A DNA stretch of 32,000 nucleotides, from contig NZ_LN831024.1 of assembly GCF_001457615.1 (NCBI RefSeq), positions 4,410,001 to 4,442,000 on the forward strand, in the 5' to 3' direction. Position 1 is the stretch's first letter; each line of letters begins with the position of its first letter. The stretch comes from Pseudomonas aeruginosa (lineage in GTDB: Bacteria > Pseudomonadota > Gammaproteobacteria > Pseudomonadales > Pseudomonadaceae). A model generated the notes under the pieces. That model did not search any database and was not told the origin of the DNA. It saw nothing but the letters and a program-made list of their open reading frames with translations. Made by a program: the position numbers and the translations under genes. Shown piece by piece: positions 1 to 8,532 of the stretch.

Positions 1-353
1 GCCAGGCGACGCACTTCCTCTTCCCGGCCCTGGCGCTCGCTGGCCCAACGTGCCTCCGCCTGGGACGCCCGTTGCCGCTCCTCCCCCATCAACTCGGCTT
101 CCCGACGCAGCGCGGCGACCTCGCCGGAGAGCCTGGCATGGCGCTCGCCGAGTTGCTGGTAAGCCTCCCTACTGGTCTCCAACTGCGCATTCAGCCCGTC
201 CTGGGCCAGTTGCGCGGTCGCCAGTCGCTCGCCGAGCAACGCCATCTCGCGCTCCGCCAGGCTGGCCCTTCTCTGTAGCTGCCATGCCAGGCCGGCCAGG
301 GGAATCGCGGCAGCCAGCAGGCCAAGCAACAGGTTCGGTAGATCGACGGGCAT
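1..353 (-). CDS. rmuC: RmuC-like DNA recombination protein, N-terminal part (partial, continues beyond window start)
   Basis: Minus-strand ATG at 351-353 opens a frame with no stop to position 1. It reads MPVDLPNLLLGLLAAAIPLAGLAWQLQRRASLAEREMALLGERLATAQLAQDGLNAQLETSREAYQQLGERHARLSGEVAALRREAELMGEERQRASQAEARWASERQGREEEVRRL. One N-terminal TM helix followed by a long coiled coil is the RmuC architecture. The nuclease domain is outside the window, so the family call is tentative. The ORF is absent from the ORF track because it runs off the edge. Confidence 0.5.
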   Translation of the reverse strand, partial: MPVDLPNLLLGLLAAAIPLAGLAWQLQRRASLAEREMALLGERLATAQLAQDGLNAQLETSREAYQQLGERHARLSGEVAALRREAELMGEERQRASQAEARWASERQGREEEVRRL

Positions 354-636
354 GGGGCACTCCAGCGGAAAACGACGCAACACCCGCCTGGCAGGCGCGC
401 GTGCAGCGGATTCTAGGTTCTTGGGAAAAGACCGTCGAGCGAATAGCGCCGCGCCGAACGAGCACTCCGCTTCCGAGCTGTGCGTACCCCATGCGCAGGA
501 CACTTCAGATACTTCCATAACGGAAGCCATCGCCCTGCGCCCTTCGCCGCCGGGACATTTCTGCTTCCACGGCATTTTTGTCGCGGCTACAGGGCTTGCC
601 TTGGAGCGTGCGATGTGCTGTCGAGCAAGTGCTTGG

Positions 637-672
637 GAAATCCACAGATCCTGTGGATAACCCAGTGGAAAA
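637..672. promoter_or_regulatory. Cluster of DnaA-box-like 9-mers including a perfect TGTGGATAA and an 8-3-8 palindrome
   Basis: ATCCACAG (640-647), atc, CTGTGGAT (651-658) form a perfect inverted repeat. TGTGGATAA (652-660) is the exact complement of the DnaA box consensus TTATCCACA. AAATCCACA (638-646) and AGTGGAAAA (664-672) each match 7/9. An AT-rich tract follows at about 720-800. Confidence 0.4.
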
Positions 673-1007
673 GCCCCTAAAAAACTGCCGAACCCCCGAT
701 GGAGTGGGGCTATGGGACAGATTGACGATTTTTTCACCAACTATTTTTATCGTTATTTTTCAATAAGTTACGTTTCAAACATGAAAAATCAAGCGTTTAG
801 AGCCTAACGCTCTCAACCCTTGACAAGCTGCTTTCCATTTGTGCACAAATTTTCGCCGAAGCCTCTTGCCGCCCCATTGCAGGGCAATGCCGTTCGAAAT
901 CCTCAGCCACTCTTTCCCTCGGCGCATGCAGGCCAGCCCTGCCCAACCGGCAGGTGGCGGCCTTCAGACGGCGCCCCCGGATCGCTGGCAACCGTGCCCC
1001 CCTCCAC

Positions 1008-1898
1008 TCACGCCGGATGCGGCAACTTTCCGTCCACCAGGAACAGCTCCCAGGAGAAGATTTTCGGCGACCCCGGCACATGCGCCGGCTTGAAGGCCAC
1101 GTAACCGGCCGTGGTTTCGCACAGCCAGGGCGTCAGGTTGCGAGGACGCTTTTCGGTGAAGGCCGCGGGCGTGAACAGGGCGACATTGCAGCCGCGCTCC
1201 GGGCAACGCGCCGAACGGTATTCGAATGCCTGCACCCCGGCGCTGCGCATGGCACTTCCCAGTTCCTGGGGAGCGCGGTAGTCGGCGATGTCGGTCAGCG
1301 CAGCCTCGTGATCGGAGAAAGGCGGCGCCTGCAGACGGATTCCCCGCTCCACCTTCCAGCCCGCCTCGAACGAAGCGTGCTCGGACAGAATCCTCCCGCT
1401 CGGTGGCGGCACCGCCATGCCACTCCACAGGACGCAACGGTAATACGCGCTTTCGGCCATGGCCGTTTCCAGCTTCAACGCGGCGTAGAACAGGCTTGGC
1501 TCGTGGCGACGGCCAAACCGCGACCCCCAGCGCAAGGGCGGATAACGGAACGGGGTCTTCAACAGGTAATGCAATGGCTCGGCATCCGCCGGCACCGGCG
1601 GCTTGCTCGACTCGAGCAGTTCCTCGAGCAACGCCTGTTCTTCCAGGGTGTCGACCAATTGCAGGGTCGCCACCTGCTCCTGGCTCTCCACCAACCGCAC
1701 CAGGCGCCCCTGGAGCGGTCGGATATGCCGCTCACCCTTGCACTGTCGCCAGATCTCGCTCACCTTCCGCCCCTCGCTTCCTGTGGTGTCGGATGCCAGC
1801 GTAGCGGCACCGCAGTCTCCATTCAGCCAGGCGTGTCGCCTCTGGCTGCCAGCCTTTTCCGTGACAGGCGTAGGCCCCCGTACAGGCGCGCCGGGCAT
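1008..1898 (-). CDS. RES-domain toxin (RES family NAD+-targeting toxin of a RES-Xre TA pair)
   Basis: 296-aa ORF carrying the R...E...S signature in the expected order (GSRFGRRHEPSLFYAA, ETAMAESAYY, FEYRSARCP). The N-terminal LVESQEQVATLQLVD...EEQALLEELLE segment is typical of these toxins. The ATG at 1896-1898 overlaps the antitoxin stop (ATGA), implying translational coupling. An alternative GTG start near 1763 cannot be excluded. Confidence 0.85.
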   Translation of the reverse strand: MPGAPVRGPTPVTEKAGSQRRHAWLNGDCGAATLASDTTGSEGRKVSEIWRQCKGERHIRPLQGRLVRLVESQEQVATLQLVDTLEEQALLEELLESSKPPVPADAEPLHYLLKTPFRYPPLRWGSRFGRRHEPSLFYAALKLETAMAESAYYRCVLWSGMAVPPPSGRILSEHASFEAGWKVERGIRLQAPPFSDHEAALTDIADYRAPQELGSAMRSAGVQAFEYRSARCPERGCNVALFTPAAFTEKRPRNLTPWLCETTAGYVAFKPAHVPGSPKIFSWELFLVDGKLPHPA

Positions 1899-2266
1899 CA
1901 GACCTTGCCGCGGATCGCATCGAGGTATTCCAGCACATGAACCAGGCCCTGCACCTGTCCCATCAGTGCCAGCGGCTCGCCCGCCAGGTGATGGTTGGGA
2001 GTGCGCAGGAAGTGGCGCATGTCCTCCTGCTGCCCGCCGAACAGGGCATACAGTGCGCGATAGACCCGCACCAGCAGCAGAGCCAGCTCGCCGGTCTTGC
2101 TGTCCACCCGCAGGCCCTGGGTCTTCCAGCGGCTGATGGCGCTGCGATCGACGCCGACGATGCCGGCCAGTTCGAGCTGCGTCAGCCCCAATTGCTCGCG
2201 CGCGGCCAGGACGGCCTTGGCCAGGACGGCATCGGCGCTGGGACGTTCCTTGATGAGAGCGCTCAT
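1898..2266 (-). CDS. Xre-family antitoxin (N-terminal HTH plus C-terminal DUF2384-type toxin-binding domain)
   Basis: 122-aa ORF. HTH segment LGLTQLELAGIVGVDRSAISRWK; C-terminal FLRTPNHHLAGEPLALMGQVQGLVHVLEYLDAI is typical of the RES-antitoxin domain. SD GAGGAGG lies 6 nt upstream of the ATG. It sits directly upstream of, and overlaps, the RES gene. Confidence 0.85.
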   Translation of the reverse strand: MSALIKERPSADAVLAKAVLAAREQLGLTQLELAGIVGVDRSAISRWKTQGLRVDSKTGELALLLVRVYRALYALFGGQQEDMRHFLRTPNHHLAGEPLALMGQVQGLVHVLEYLDAIRGKV

Positions 2267-2280
2267 GACGACCTCCTCAT

Positions 2281-2322
2281 GTGTGTTTACAACAAACTAT
2301 CATCATTTTGCTGAAAACACAC
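2281..2322. promoter_or_regulatory. Inverted repeat GTGTGTTT-N26-AAACACAC in the TA promoter region (candidate Xre operator)
   Basis: Perfect 8-bp arms at 2281-2288 and 2315-2322, within the AT-rich 72-bp gap between the amaA stop (2339) and the antitoxin ATG (2266). The left arm abuts the SD and start. Confidence 0.4.
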
Positions 2323-2338
2323 CTTGATTCGGTCGAAC

Positions 2339-3625
2339 CTAGAGAACCACGCGCAAGCATTGACCGGCGTGATAGAGAGAAAAACCCATCTCGTAGGCGC
2401 AACTGCGCAGCCTGGCCGCGGGGACGGGCTTCATGTCACTGAACGGCAACGGCAATGTCGCTCGCTCGCCGCTCAGCAGGTAGTCGGCGAACGCCTTGCC
2501 CACTACCGTACCGGTGGTCACGCCGCGTCCGTTGTAGCCGGTCACCGCCAGCAAGCCTTGCGCAGGCTCGAACAGGCGCATCAGATGATCGGGGGTGAAG
2601 GCGATGCAACCCGTCCAGCTGTACTCCCAGTTGACCTGGCCCAGGTCGGGAAAGTAATGGCTCTGGATTCGATCGGCCCATTGCCGCAGGAACCAGGCGG
2701 GCTTGTTCGCGCCATTGCCGAGGCTTCCCAGTAACAGGCGGCCCTGGGCATCGCGACGGATGCTGCTGAGCACCGTCCTGGTGTCCCAGGAACCCTGGCC
2801 GTGAGGCAGGATGCGCTCGGCCGCGGCGCCGTGCAGCGGCGCCGAAGCCACCTGGTAGTAGTAGCCGGGAAAGAAGTGCCGCCTCAGGTTGGTCCACTCG
2901 CCCTCGGTATAGGCGTTGGAGGCGATCACCACCTGTTCCGCCAGTACCGCCCCCGCGCTACTGCGCACCGCCCACAGCGCGCCCTGCCGCTCCAGGGCGA
3001 GCACCGGCGAGCGCTGGTACAGTTGGCCGCCCCGCTGTACGACGGCGGTGGCCAGTCCGCGCGAATAGGCCATGGGATTGAGAGTGCCGGCGCGTCGGTC
3101 GAGCAACGCCGCGCTGATTCGCCGGGTGCCGCAGGCCTCGTGGCAAGCCGCGCCGGTCAGCAACTCCAGCGGAGCGCCGCGGCGCGTCCACTGCGCGTGA
3201 CGGCGTTGCAGATCGGCCACGCCGCTGGCGTTGTGCGACATGTGCAGGGTGCCCTCGCGGCGCAACTGGCAATCGATGCCGAGGCGTTCGATGGTCTCCA
3301 TCACCAGCGCCGGCGCCCGCCCCAGCACGGCGTTGAGCTTTTCTCCCTGCTCGGCGCCGAGGGTGGCGACCACCTCGTCCGGGGGAATCCAGGTGCCGGC
3401 GTTGATCAATCCGACATTACGTCCCGACCCGCCGTGGCCGACCTCGTACGCTTCCAGCACGCACACCGAACGGCCGGCCTCCAGCAGGTGGAGCGCCGCC
3501 GAAAGCCCGGTGAAACCGGCGCCGATCACACATACATCGGCGCGCTGCTCGCCGTTCAGGCTCGCCGCTCCGGACAGGCGAGGCGTAACCACTTCCCACA
3601 GACACCGTTGCTGCAAACCGCCCAT
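2339..3625 (-). CDS. amaA: FAD-dependent oxidoreductase (AmaA-type L-pipecolate oxidase, PuuB/DadA-like)
   Basis: Contains the Rossmann motif ADVCVIGAGFTGLSAALHLLEAGRSVCVLEA and sits immediately downstream of amaB, as I recall for PAO1. The track ORF (to 3874) overlaps amaB and is over-extended. I chose the ATG at 3623-3625 because GGAG lies 6 nt upstream. ATGs at 3655 and 3649 are alternatives. Confidence 0.8.
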   Translation of the reverse strand: MGGLQQRCLWEVVTPRLSGAASLNGEQRADVCVIGAGFTGLSAALHLLEAGRSVCVLEAYEVGHGGSGRNVGLINAGTWIPPDEVVATLGAEQGEKLNAVLGRAPALVMETIERLGIDCQLRREGTLHMSHNASGVADLQRRHAQWTRRGAPLELLTGAACHEACGTRRISAALLDRRAGTLNPMAYSRGLATAVVQRGGQLYQRSPVLALERQGALWAVRSSAGAVLAEQVVIASNAYTEGEWTNLRRHFFPGYYYQVASAPLHGAAAERILPHGQGSWDTRTVLSSIRRDAQGRLLLGSLGNGANKPAWFLRQWADRIQSHYFPDLGQVNWEYSWTGCIAFTPDHLMRLFEPAQGLLAVTGYNGRGVTTGTVVGKAFADYLLSGERATLPLPFSDMKPVPAARLRSCAYEMGFSLYHAGQCLRVVL

Positions 3626-3680
3626 GCGCGACTCCGCTGCCAGCCTCATTGCCATGCGGCGGGAGCCCGCCGCGCCCCGT

Positions 3681-5174
3681 TCAATCGAAGGTGATGCCCT
3701 GTGCCAGCGGCAGCTCGCGGGAATAGTTGACGGTGTTGGTCTGCCGTCGCATGTAGGCCTTCCAGGCGTCCGAGCCGGACTCGCGGCCGCCGCCGGTCTC
3801 TTTCTCGCCGCCGAACGCCCCGCCGATTTCCGCCCCGCTGGTGCCGATGTTGACGTTGGCGATCCCGCAGTCACTGCCCGCCGCGCCCTGGAACAGTTCC
3901 GCCTCGCGCAGGTCGGTGGTGAAGATGCACGACGACAGTCCCTGGGGAACCTCGTTGTTCAGGCGCAGGGCCTCGTCGAAATCGCGGTAGCCGACCACGT
4001 ACAGGATCGGTGCGAAGGTCTCCGTGCGCACCACTTCGGTCTGTCCCGGCATCTCGACGATGGCCGGCGACACGTAGTAGGCATCCGGATAGCGCTCCTG
4101 CAATTGCCGCTCGCCGCCGAACACCCGCCCCCCCTGCTCGCGGGCTCGCGCCAGGGCGTCCTGCATGGCCAGGTAGCTGCGTTCGTCGATCAGCGGCCCG
4201 ACCAGGTTGCCCTCCAGCGGATGACCGATACGGACCCTGGAATAGGCTGCCTTGAGGCGCTCGACTATCTCGTCCTTCACCGACTCATGGGCAATCAACC
4301 GGCGCAAGGTGGTGCAGCGCTGCCCGGCGGTGCCCACCGCGCCGAACAGGATGCCGCGCACCGCCAGGTCGAGGTCTGCGCTTGGCGCCAGGATCATCGC
4401 GTTGTTGCCGCCCAGTTCGAGGATGCAGCGAGCGAAACGCGCCGCCACCCGCGGCGCCACTTCGCGCCCCATGCGAGTGCTGCCGGTGGCGCTGACCAGG
4501 GCGACGCGACGGTCGTCCACCAGCGCTTCGCCGGCCTCGCGGTCGCCGATCAGCAATTGGCTCAGGTGCGCCGGCGCATCGCCGCCGAAGGCCCGCGCGG
4601 CACGCTCGAACAGTGCCTGGCAGGCCAGTGCGGTGAGGGGGGTCTTCTCCGAAGGCTTCCAGACCACGGAATTACCGCAGACCAGCGCCAGCGCGGTATT
4701 CCACGACCACACCGCGACTGGGAAGTTGAACGCGCTGATCACGCCTACCACGCCCAGCGGGTGCCAGGTCTCGCGCATGTGGTGGCCGGGACGCTCGGAT
4801 GCGATGGTAAGACCGTACAACTGGCGCGAGAGGCCCACCGCGAAGTCGCAGATATCGATCATTTCCTGGACTTCGCCGAGGCCTTCCTGGGTGATCTTGC
4901 CCGCCTCCCAGGACACCAGTTCGCCGAGTTCGGCCTTGTGCCGACGCAATTCCTCGCCGAACAGCCGCACCAGTTCACCACGGCGCGGCGCCGGCACCTG
5001 GCGCCAGGCGCGGAACGCCTGTTCGGCGCGCTCGACCTTGGCGGCAACGGCGGCGCGCCCCTCCAGTCGCACCGCAGCCAGGCGACTGCCGTCGATGGGG
5101 GTATGCACGGCAAGCTCGCCATCGCGAAAGGCATTGGGGTCGAGGCCGAGACTGCGCAGCAATCCGTCGATCAT
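3681..5174 (-). CDS. amaB: Aldehyde dehydrogenase (AmaB-type piperideine-6-carboxylate / alpha-aminoadipic semialdehyde dehydrogenase)
   Basis: ALDH family motifs are present (FNFPVAVWSWN, ELGGNNA, GTAGQRCTTLRR with the catalytic Cys). The C-terminus NYSRELPLAQGITFD is typical of the ALDH7/AmaB group. Start set at ATG 5172-5174 (MIDGLLRSLGLDP), preceded by AGGAG. The 32-codon upstream extension in the track is unlikely to be real. Confidence 0.9.
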   Translation of the reverse strand: MIDGLLRSLGLDPNAFRDGELAVHTPIDGSRLAAVRLEGRAAVAAKVERAEQAFRAWRQVPAPRRGELVRLFGEELRRHKAELGELVSWEAGKITQEGLGEVQEMIDICDFAVGLSRQLYGLTIASERPGHHMRETWHPLGVVGVISAFNFPVAVWSWNTALALVCGNSVVWKPSEKTPLTALACQALFERAARAFGGDAPAHLSQLLIGDREAGEALVDDRRVALVSATGSTRMGREVAPRVAARFARCILELGGNNAMILAPSADLDLAVRGILFGAVGTAGQRCTTLRRLIAHESVKDEIVERLKAAYSRVRIGHPLEGNLVGPLIDERSYLAMQDALARAREQGGRVFGGERQLQERYPDAYYVSPAIVEMPGQTEVVRTETFAPILYVVGYRDFDEALRLNNEVPQGLSSCIFTTDLREAELFQGAAGSDCGIANVNIGTSGAEIGGAFGGEKETGGGRESGSDAWKAYMRRQTNTVNYSRELPLAQGITFD

Positions 5175-5348
5175 GTGAGGTTCTCCTGGCTGTTCGTTTC
5201 CGCTCGTTTTAGTCGGTTTGCCCGGTAGCAACAAACGACCTTTATTCGCCACGTCATTCCGAGTTTTCATACTGGCTCCGAGCTGTCGCGATCCGCCGTG
5301 TTTCCCGTACCATGCACGCCTTCGCCGGCCAGCCCCCGCCTACCCGAC

Positions 5349-5825
5349 ATGGACAAGAAAAAGCTGTTGCGCCTGATCACGGAAAAGCTCGCCGCGGACC
5401 TGGAAGTCGCCGTCCGCGCCGCGCAGACCGCCCATGAGACGGCAACCCACGAAGAGAACGTCGCCGAGAACAAGTACGACACCCTCGGCCTGGAAGCGGC
5501 CTACCTGGCCGCCGGGCAGTCGCGCCGGGTCGAGGAGATCCGCCAGGCGCTGGGCCTGTACCGCAACCTGGTGCTGCGCGATTTCGACGAGGAACAGGGC
5601 ATCCAGCTCACCGCGCTGGTCACCCTGCTGAACGCCGACGGCAGCCGGCGAACAGTGTTCCTCGGCCCCGAGGCGGCCGGGCTGAAGATCGATTGCGAAG
5701 GTCGCGAGGTGTTGGTCATCACGCCTCGCTCGCCACTGGGCCAGAGCCTGATCGGCAGGCACCCGGGCGACGAGACCGGGGCGAAGGACTCCCCCCTTGC
5801 GGTGGAAATCCTCGCCGTCGACTGA
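5349..5825 (+). CDS. GreA/GreB-family (Rnk-like) protein
   Basis: N-terminal coiled-coil-like region (ENVAENKYDTLGLEAAYLAAGQSRRVEEI). C-terminal Gre-type domain motif VITPRSPLGQSLIGRHPGDE. Start placed at MDKKKLL (ATG 5349); the SD is weak, so the start is uncertain (the track start is 5298). Confidence 0.7.
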   Translation: MDKKKLLRLITEKLAADLEVAVRAAQTAHETATHEENVAENKYDTLGLEAAYLAAGQSRRVEEIRQALGLYRNLVLRDFDEEQGIQLTALVTLLNADGSRRTVFLGPEAAGLKIDCEGREVLVITPRSPLGQSLIGRHPGDETGAKDSPLAVEILAVD

Positions 5826-5827
5826 GG

Positions 5828-6103
5828 CTACTGCTGCGGCGCACCGCAGGCGCCGCAGAACTTCGCGCCCGCCGCGAGATCGGCGCTGCAGGCGATACAG
5901 CGCAGCGGCGCCAGGGCGCCGCCGCAGCCCTGGCAGAATCGTGCCGTCGCCGCATTCGCGGTGCGGCAGGCGCGACAGGCCATTCCCGCCGCGACTGGCG
6001 CCGGCGGATAGCCGCCCTGACCGCGGTGATGACCGCCGCCGTGATGACCACCGCCCTGCCCATGATGACGCCCACCCATCAACAACCGTTCGAAGAACCC
6101 CAT
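5828..6103 (-). CDS. Small His/Gly-rich double zinc-ribbon protein
   Basis: 91 aa, MGFFERLLMGGRHHGQGGGHHGGGHHRGQGG..., followed by two CxxC...FCxxCG zinc-ribbon units (CRAC...RFCQGCGGAL; CIAC...KFCGACGAPQ). GC3-rich codon usage. A GAGAGGG SD-like element lies upstream of ATG 6101-6103. Confidence 0.65.
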   Translation of the reverse strand: MGFFERLLMGGRHHGQGGGHHGGGHHRGQGGYPPAPVAAGMACRACRTANAATARFCQGCGGALAPLRCIACSADLAAGAKFCGACGAPQQ

Positions 6104-6201
6104 GGCGCAACCCTCTCGTCTGGATCTGACGGCTCCCAGTGAAAAGGCTGTAGCCACTACAGGGTCAATGGCGCGGAAACATCGGGAAACTCAAGTCCGC
6201 T

Positions 6202-7452
6202 TCACCACAGCGGCAACGCGTAGCTGACGATCAGCCGGGTCTCGTCGATGTCGTTGCCGAAATCGCTGCGGAAGGTGCCGTTGCGCAACTTGATCCCCAG
6301 GTTCTTCAGCGGCCCCGATTGCACCAGGTAGGCGATATCGGTGTCCCGCTCCCATTCCTTGCCGCGCCCACCGCCGTCCAGAAGGTCGATGTGTTCGCCA
6401 CGCAGGTAGCGGCTCATGAATGTCAGGCCGGGCAGGCCGATGGCGGCGAAGTCGTAGTCGTAGCGCAACTGCCAGGAGCGCTCGTCCTTGTTGGCGAAAT
6501 CGCCGATCTGCACGAAGTTGACCAGATACGGATCGGTCCCGGCCAGGTAGGCGAAGCCGCTGTCGCCGGACATGCGCTGGTAGCCGAGGCCGAAGGCGTG
6601 GCCACCCAGGCGATAGGTGAACAGCGCATTCAGCGCGCGATTGTCGACGCGGCTGCCGCCCTCGTCGGTGGAACGCGCCCAGCGGATGTCGGACTTCAGC
6701 GACTGGTCATCGGTGAGCGGCAAGAGGTGCTGCACGCCGAGATAATGCTGGCGGTAGAAATCCTCCAGGTTGGCGTAGTGGTAGCTGCTGCTCAGGCGCT
6801 CGCTCCAGCGGTAGGTACCGCCGGCGAAGTCGAAGCGGTCGCTGCCGGGGTGCCGGCCCGCCAGTACGTTGCGCTTGTTGCCGCGGGTGATGCCGAGGTC
6901 TTCGGCGTTGGTCGAGTCGCGCTGCTTGACCTGGCGCAACTGGCCAAACTGCAGCGCCAGCCCGTCGATCTCGTTCACTTCCAGCAGTCCACCCTGGAAG
7001 GTTTGCGGGTGCAGGCGCGTGTCGTTGAACTGCACCACCGGCAGCCTGGGCATCAGGCTGCCGATCTTCAGCGTACTGTGCGAGACCCGTAGCTTGGCGG
7101 TCAGGCCCAGGCTGGAATAGTCGTGGGCGGCGCGCCGGTCGCTCGTCGAATACGGCAACAGACCACTACCGGATCGCTCTGGCGAGGAGTCCAGCCTGAC
7201 GCCCAGCAGGCCCAGCGCATCGATGCCCAGACCGAAGAGCCCCTCGGTGTAGCCGGACTCGTAGCGCAACAGGAAACCCTGCGCCCACTCCTCCGAATAG
7301 GACTGGCTGGCGCCGGGCTGGCGATAGTCGCGATTGAAATAGAAATTGCGCAGTTCGAGGCCGGCCTTGCCGTCGGCGAAAAACTCCGCCTGGGCGAACG
7401 ACGGCAGCAACGCCAGCCCCGCGGCCAGCATCGGAACGGGAAGAATTTTCAT
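6202..7452 (-). CDS. opdD: OprD-family (OccK-type) outer-membrane porin
   Basis: Signal peptide MKILPVPMLAAGLALLPSFAQA, then the OprD-family N-terminus EFFADGKAGLELRNFYFNRDYR and a C-terminal beta-signal ending in ...YALPLW. The symbol comes from remembered PAO1 synteny next to the NMO-fold gene. Confidence 0.9.
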   Translation of the reverse strand: MKILPVPMLAAGLALLPSFAQAEFFADGKAGLELRNFYFNRDYRQPGASQSYSEEWAQGFLLRYESGYTEGLFGLGIDALGLLGVRLDSSPERSGSGLLPYSTSDRRAAHDYSSLGLTAKLRVSHSTLKIGSLMPRLPVVQFNDTRLHPQTFQGGLLEVNEIDGLALQFGQLRQVKQRDSTNAEDLGITRGNKRNVLAGRHPGSDRFDFAGGTYRWSERLSSSYHYANLEDFYRQHYLGVQHLLPLTDDQSLKSDIRWARSTDEGGSRVDNRALNALFTYRLGGHAFGLGYQRMSGDSGFAYLAGTDPYLVNFVQIGDFANKDERSWQLRYDYDFAAIGLPGLTFMSRYLRGEHIDLLDGGGRGKEWERDTDIAYLVQSGPLKNLGIKLRNGTFRSDFGNDIDETRLIVSYALPLW

Positions 7453-7483
7453 TGTTGTTGTCTCTTCGTCGTCAGTGGATAGA

Positions 7484-7520
7484 CACGGCGCCGCGGCCAC
7501 TCCCTGCCGCGACCGCCGTG
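7484..7520 (-). other. GC-rich interrupted stem-loop between the NMO-fold gene and opdD
   Basis: CACGGCG/CGCCGTG (7484-7490 / 7514-7520) enclose CGCGGC/GCCGCG (7492-7497 / 7506-7511), giving 13 bp in total. No U-tract follows on the minus strand. It may be an attenuator or mRNA-stability element rather than a classical terminator. Confidence 0.35.
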
Positions 7521-7530
7521 GCGGAGCGGA

Positions 7531-8532
<1,002 letters not shown>

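Noticed and set aside
600-830. Possibility that the DnaA boxes plus AT-rich tract represent a chromosomal replication origin.
   Set aside because: There are only one perfect and two imperfect boxes, with no dnaA/dnaN/gidA context and no array of 13-mer-type unwinding repeats. A regulatory or titration site is more plausible than oriC.
3231-5228. 665-aa + strand ORF antisense to amaB. Similar long antisense ORFs lie at 954-1940, 8062-9321, 8957-10651, 11441-12877, 12996-14423, 15173-16141, 17339-18889, 22971-24314 and 28294-29364.
   Set aside because: These are typical high-GC shadow ORFs. They are Arg/Ala/Pro/Gly-rich low-complexity translations with no recognisable domains. Each lies opposite a gene with clear family motifs and GC3-biased codon usage.
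5175-5348. Possible sigma54 (-24 GG / -12 GC) promoter upstream of amaB (TGGCGAATAAAGGTCGTTTGTTGC on the minus strand).
   Set aside because: The GG-to-GC spacing is about 21 nt instead of the required ~11 nt, so this is not a sigma54 promoter.
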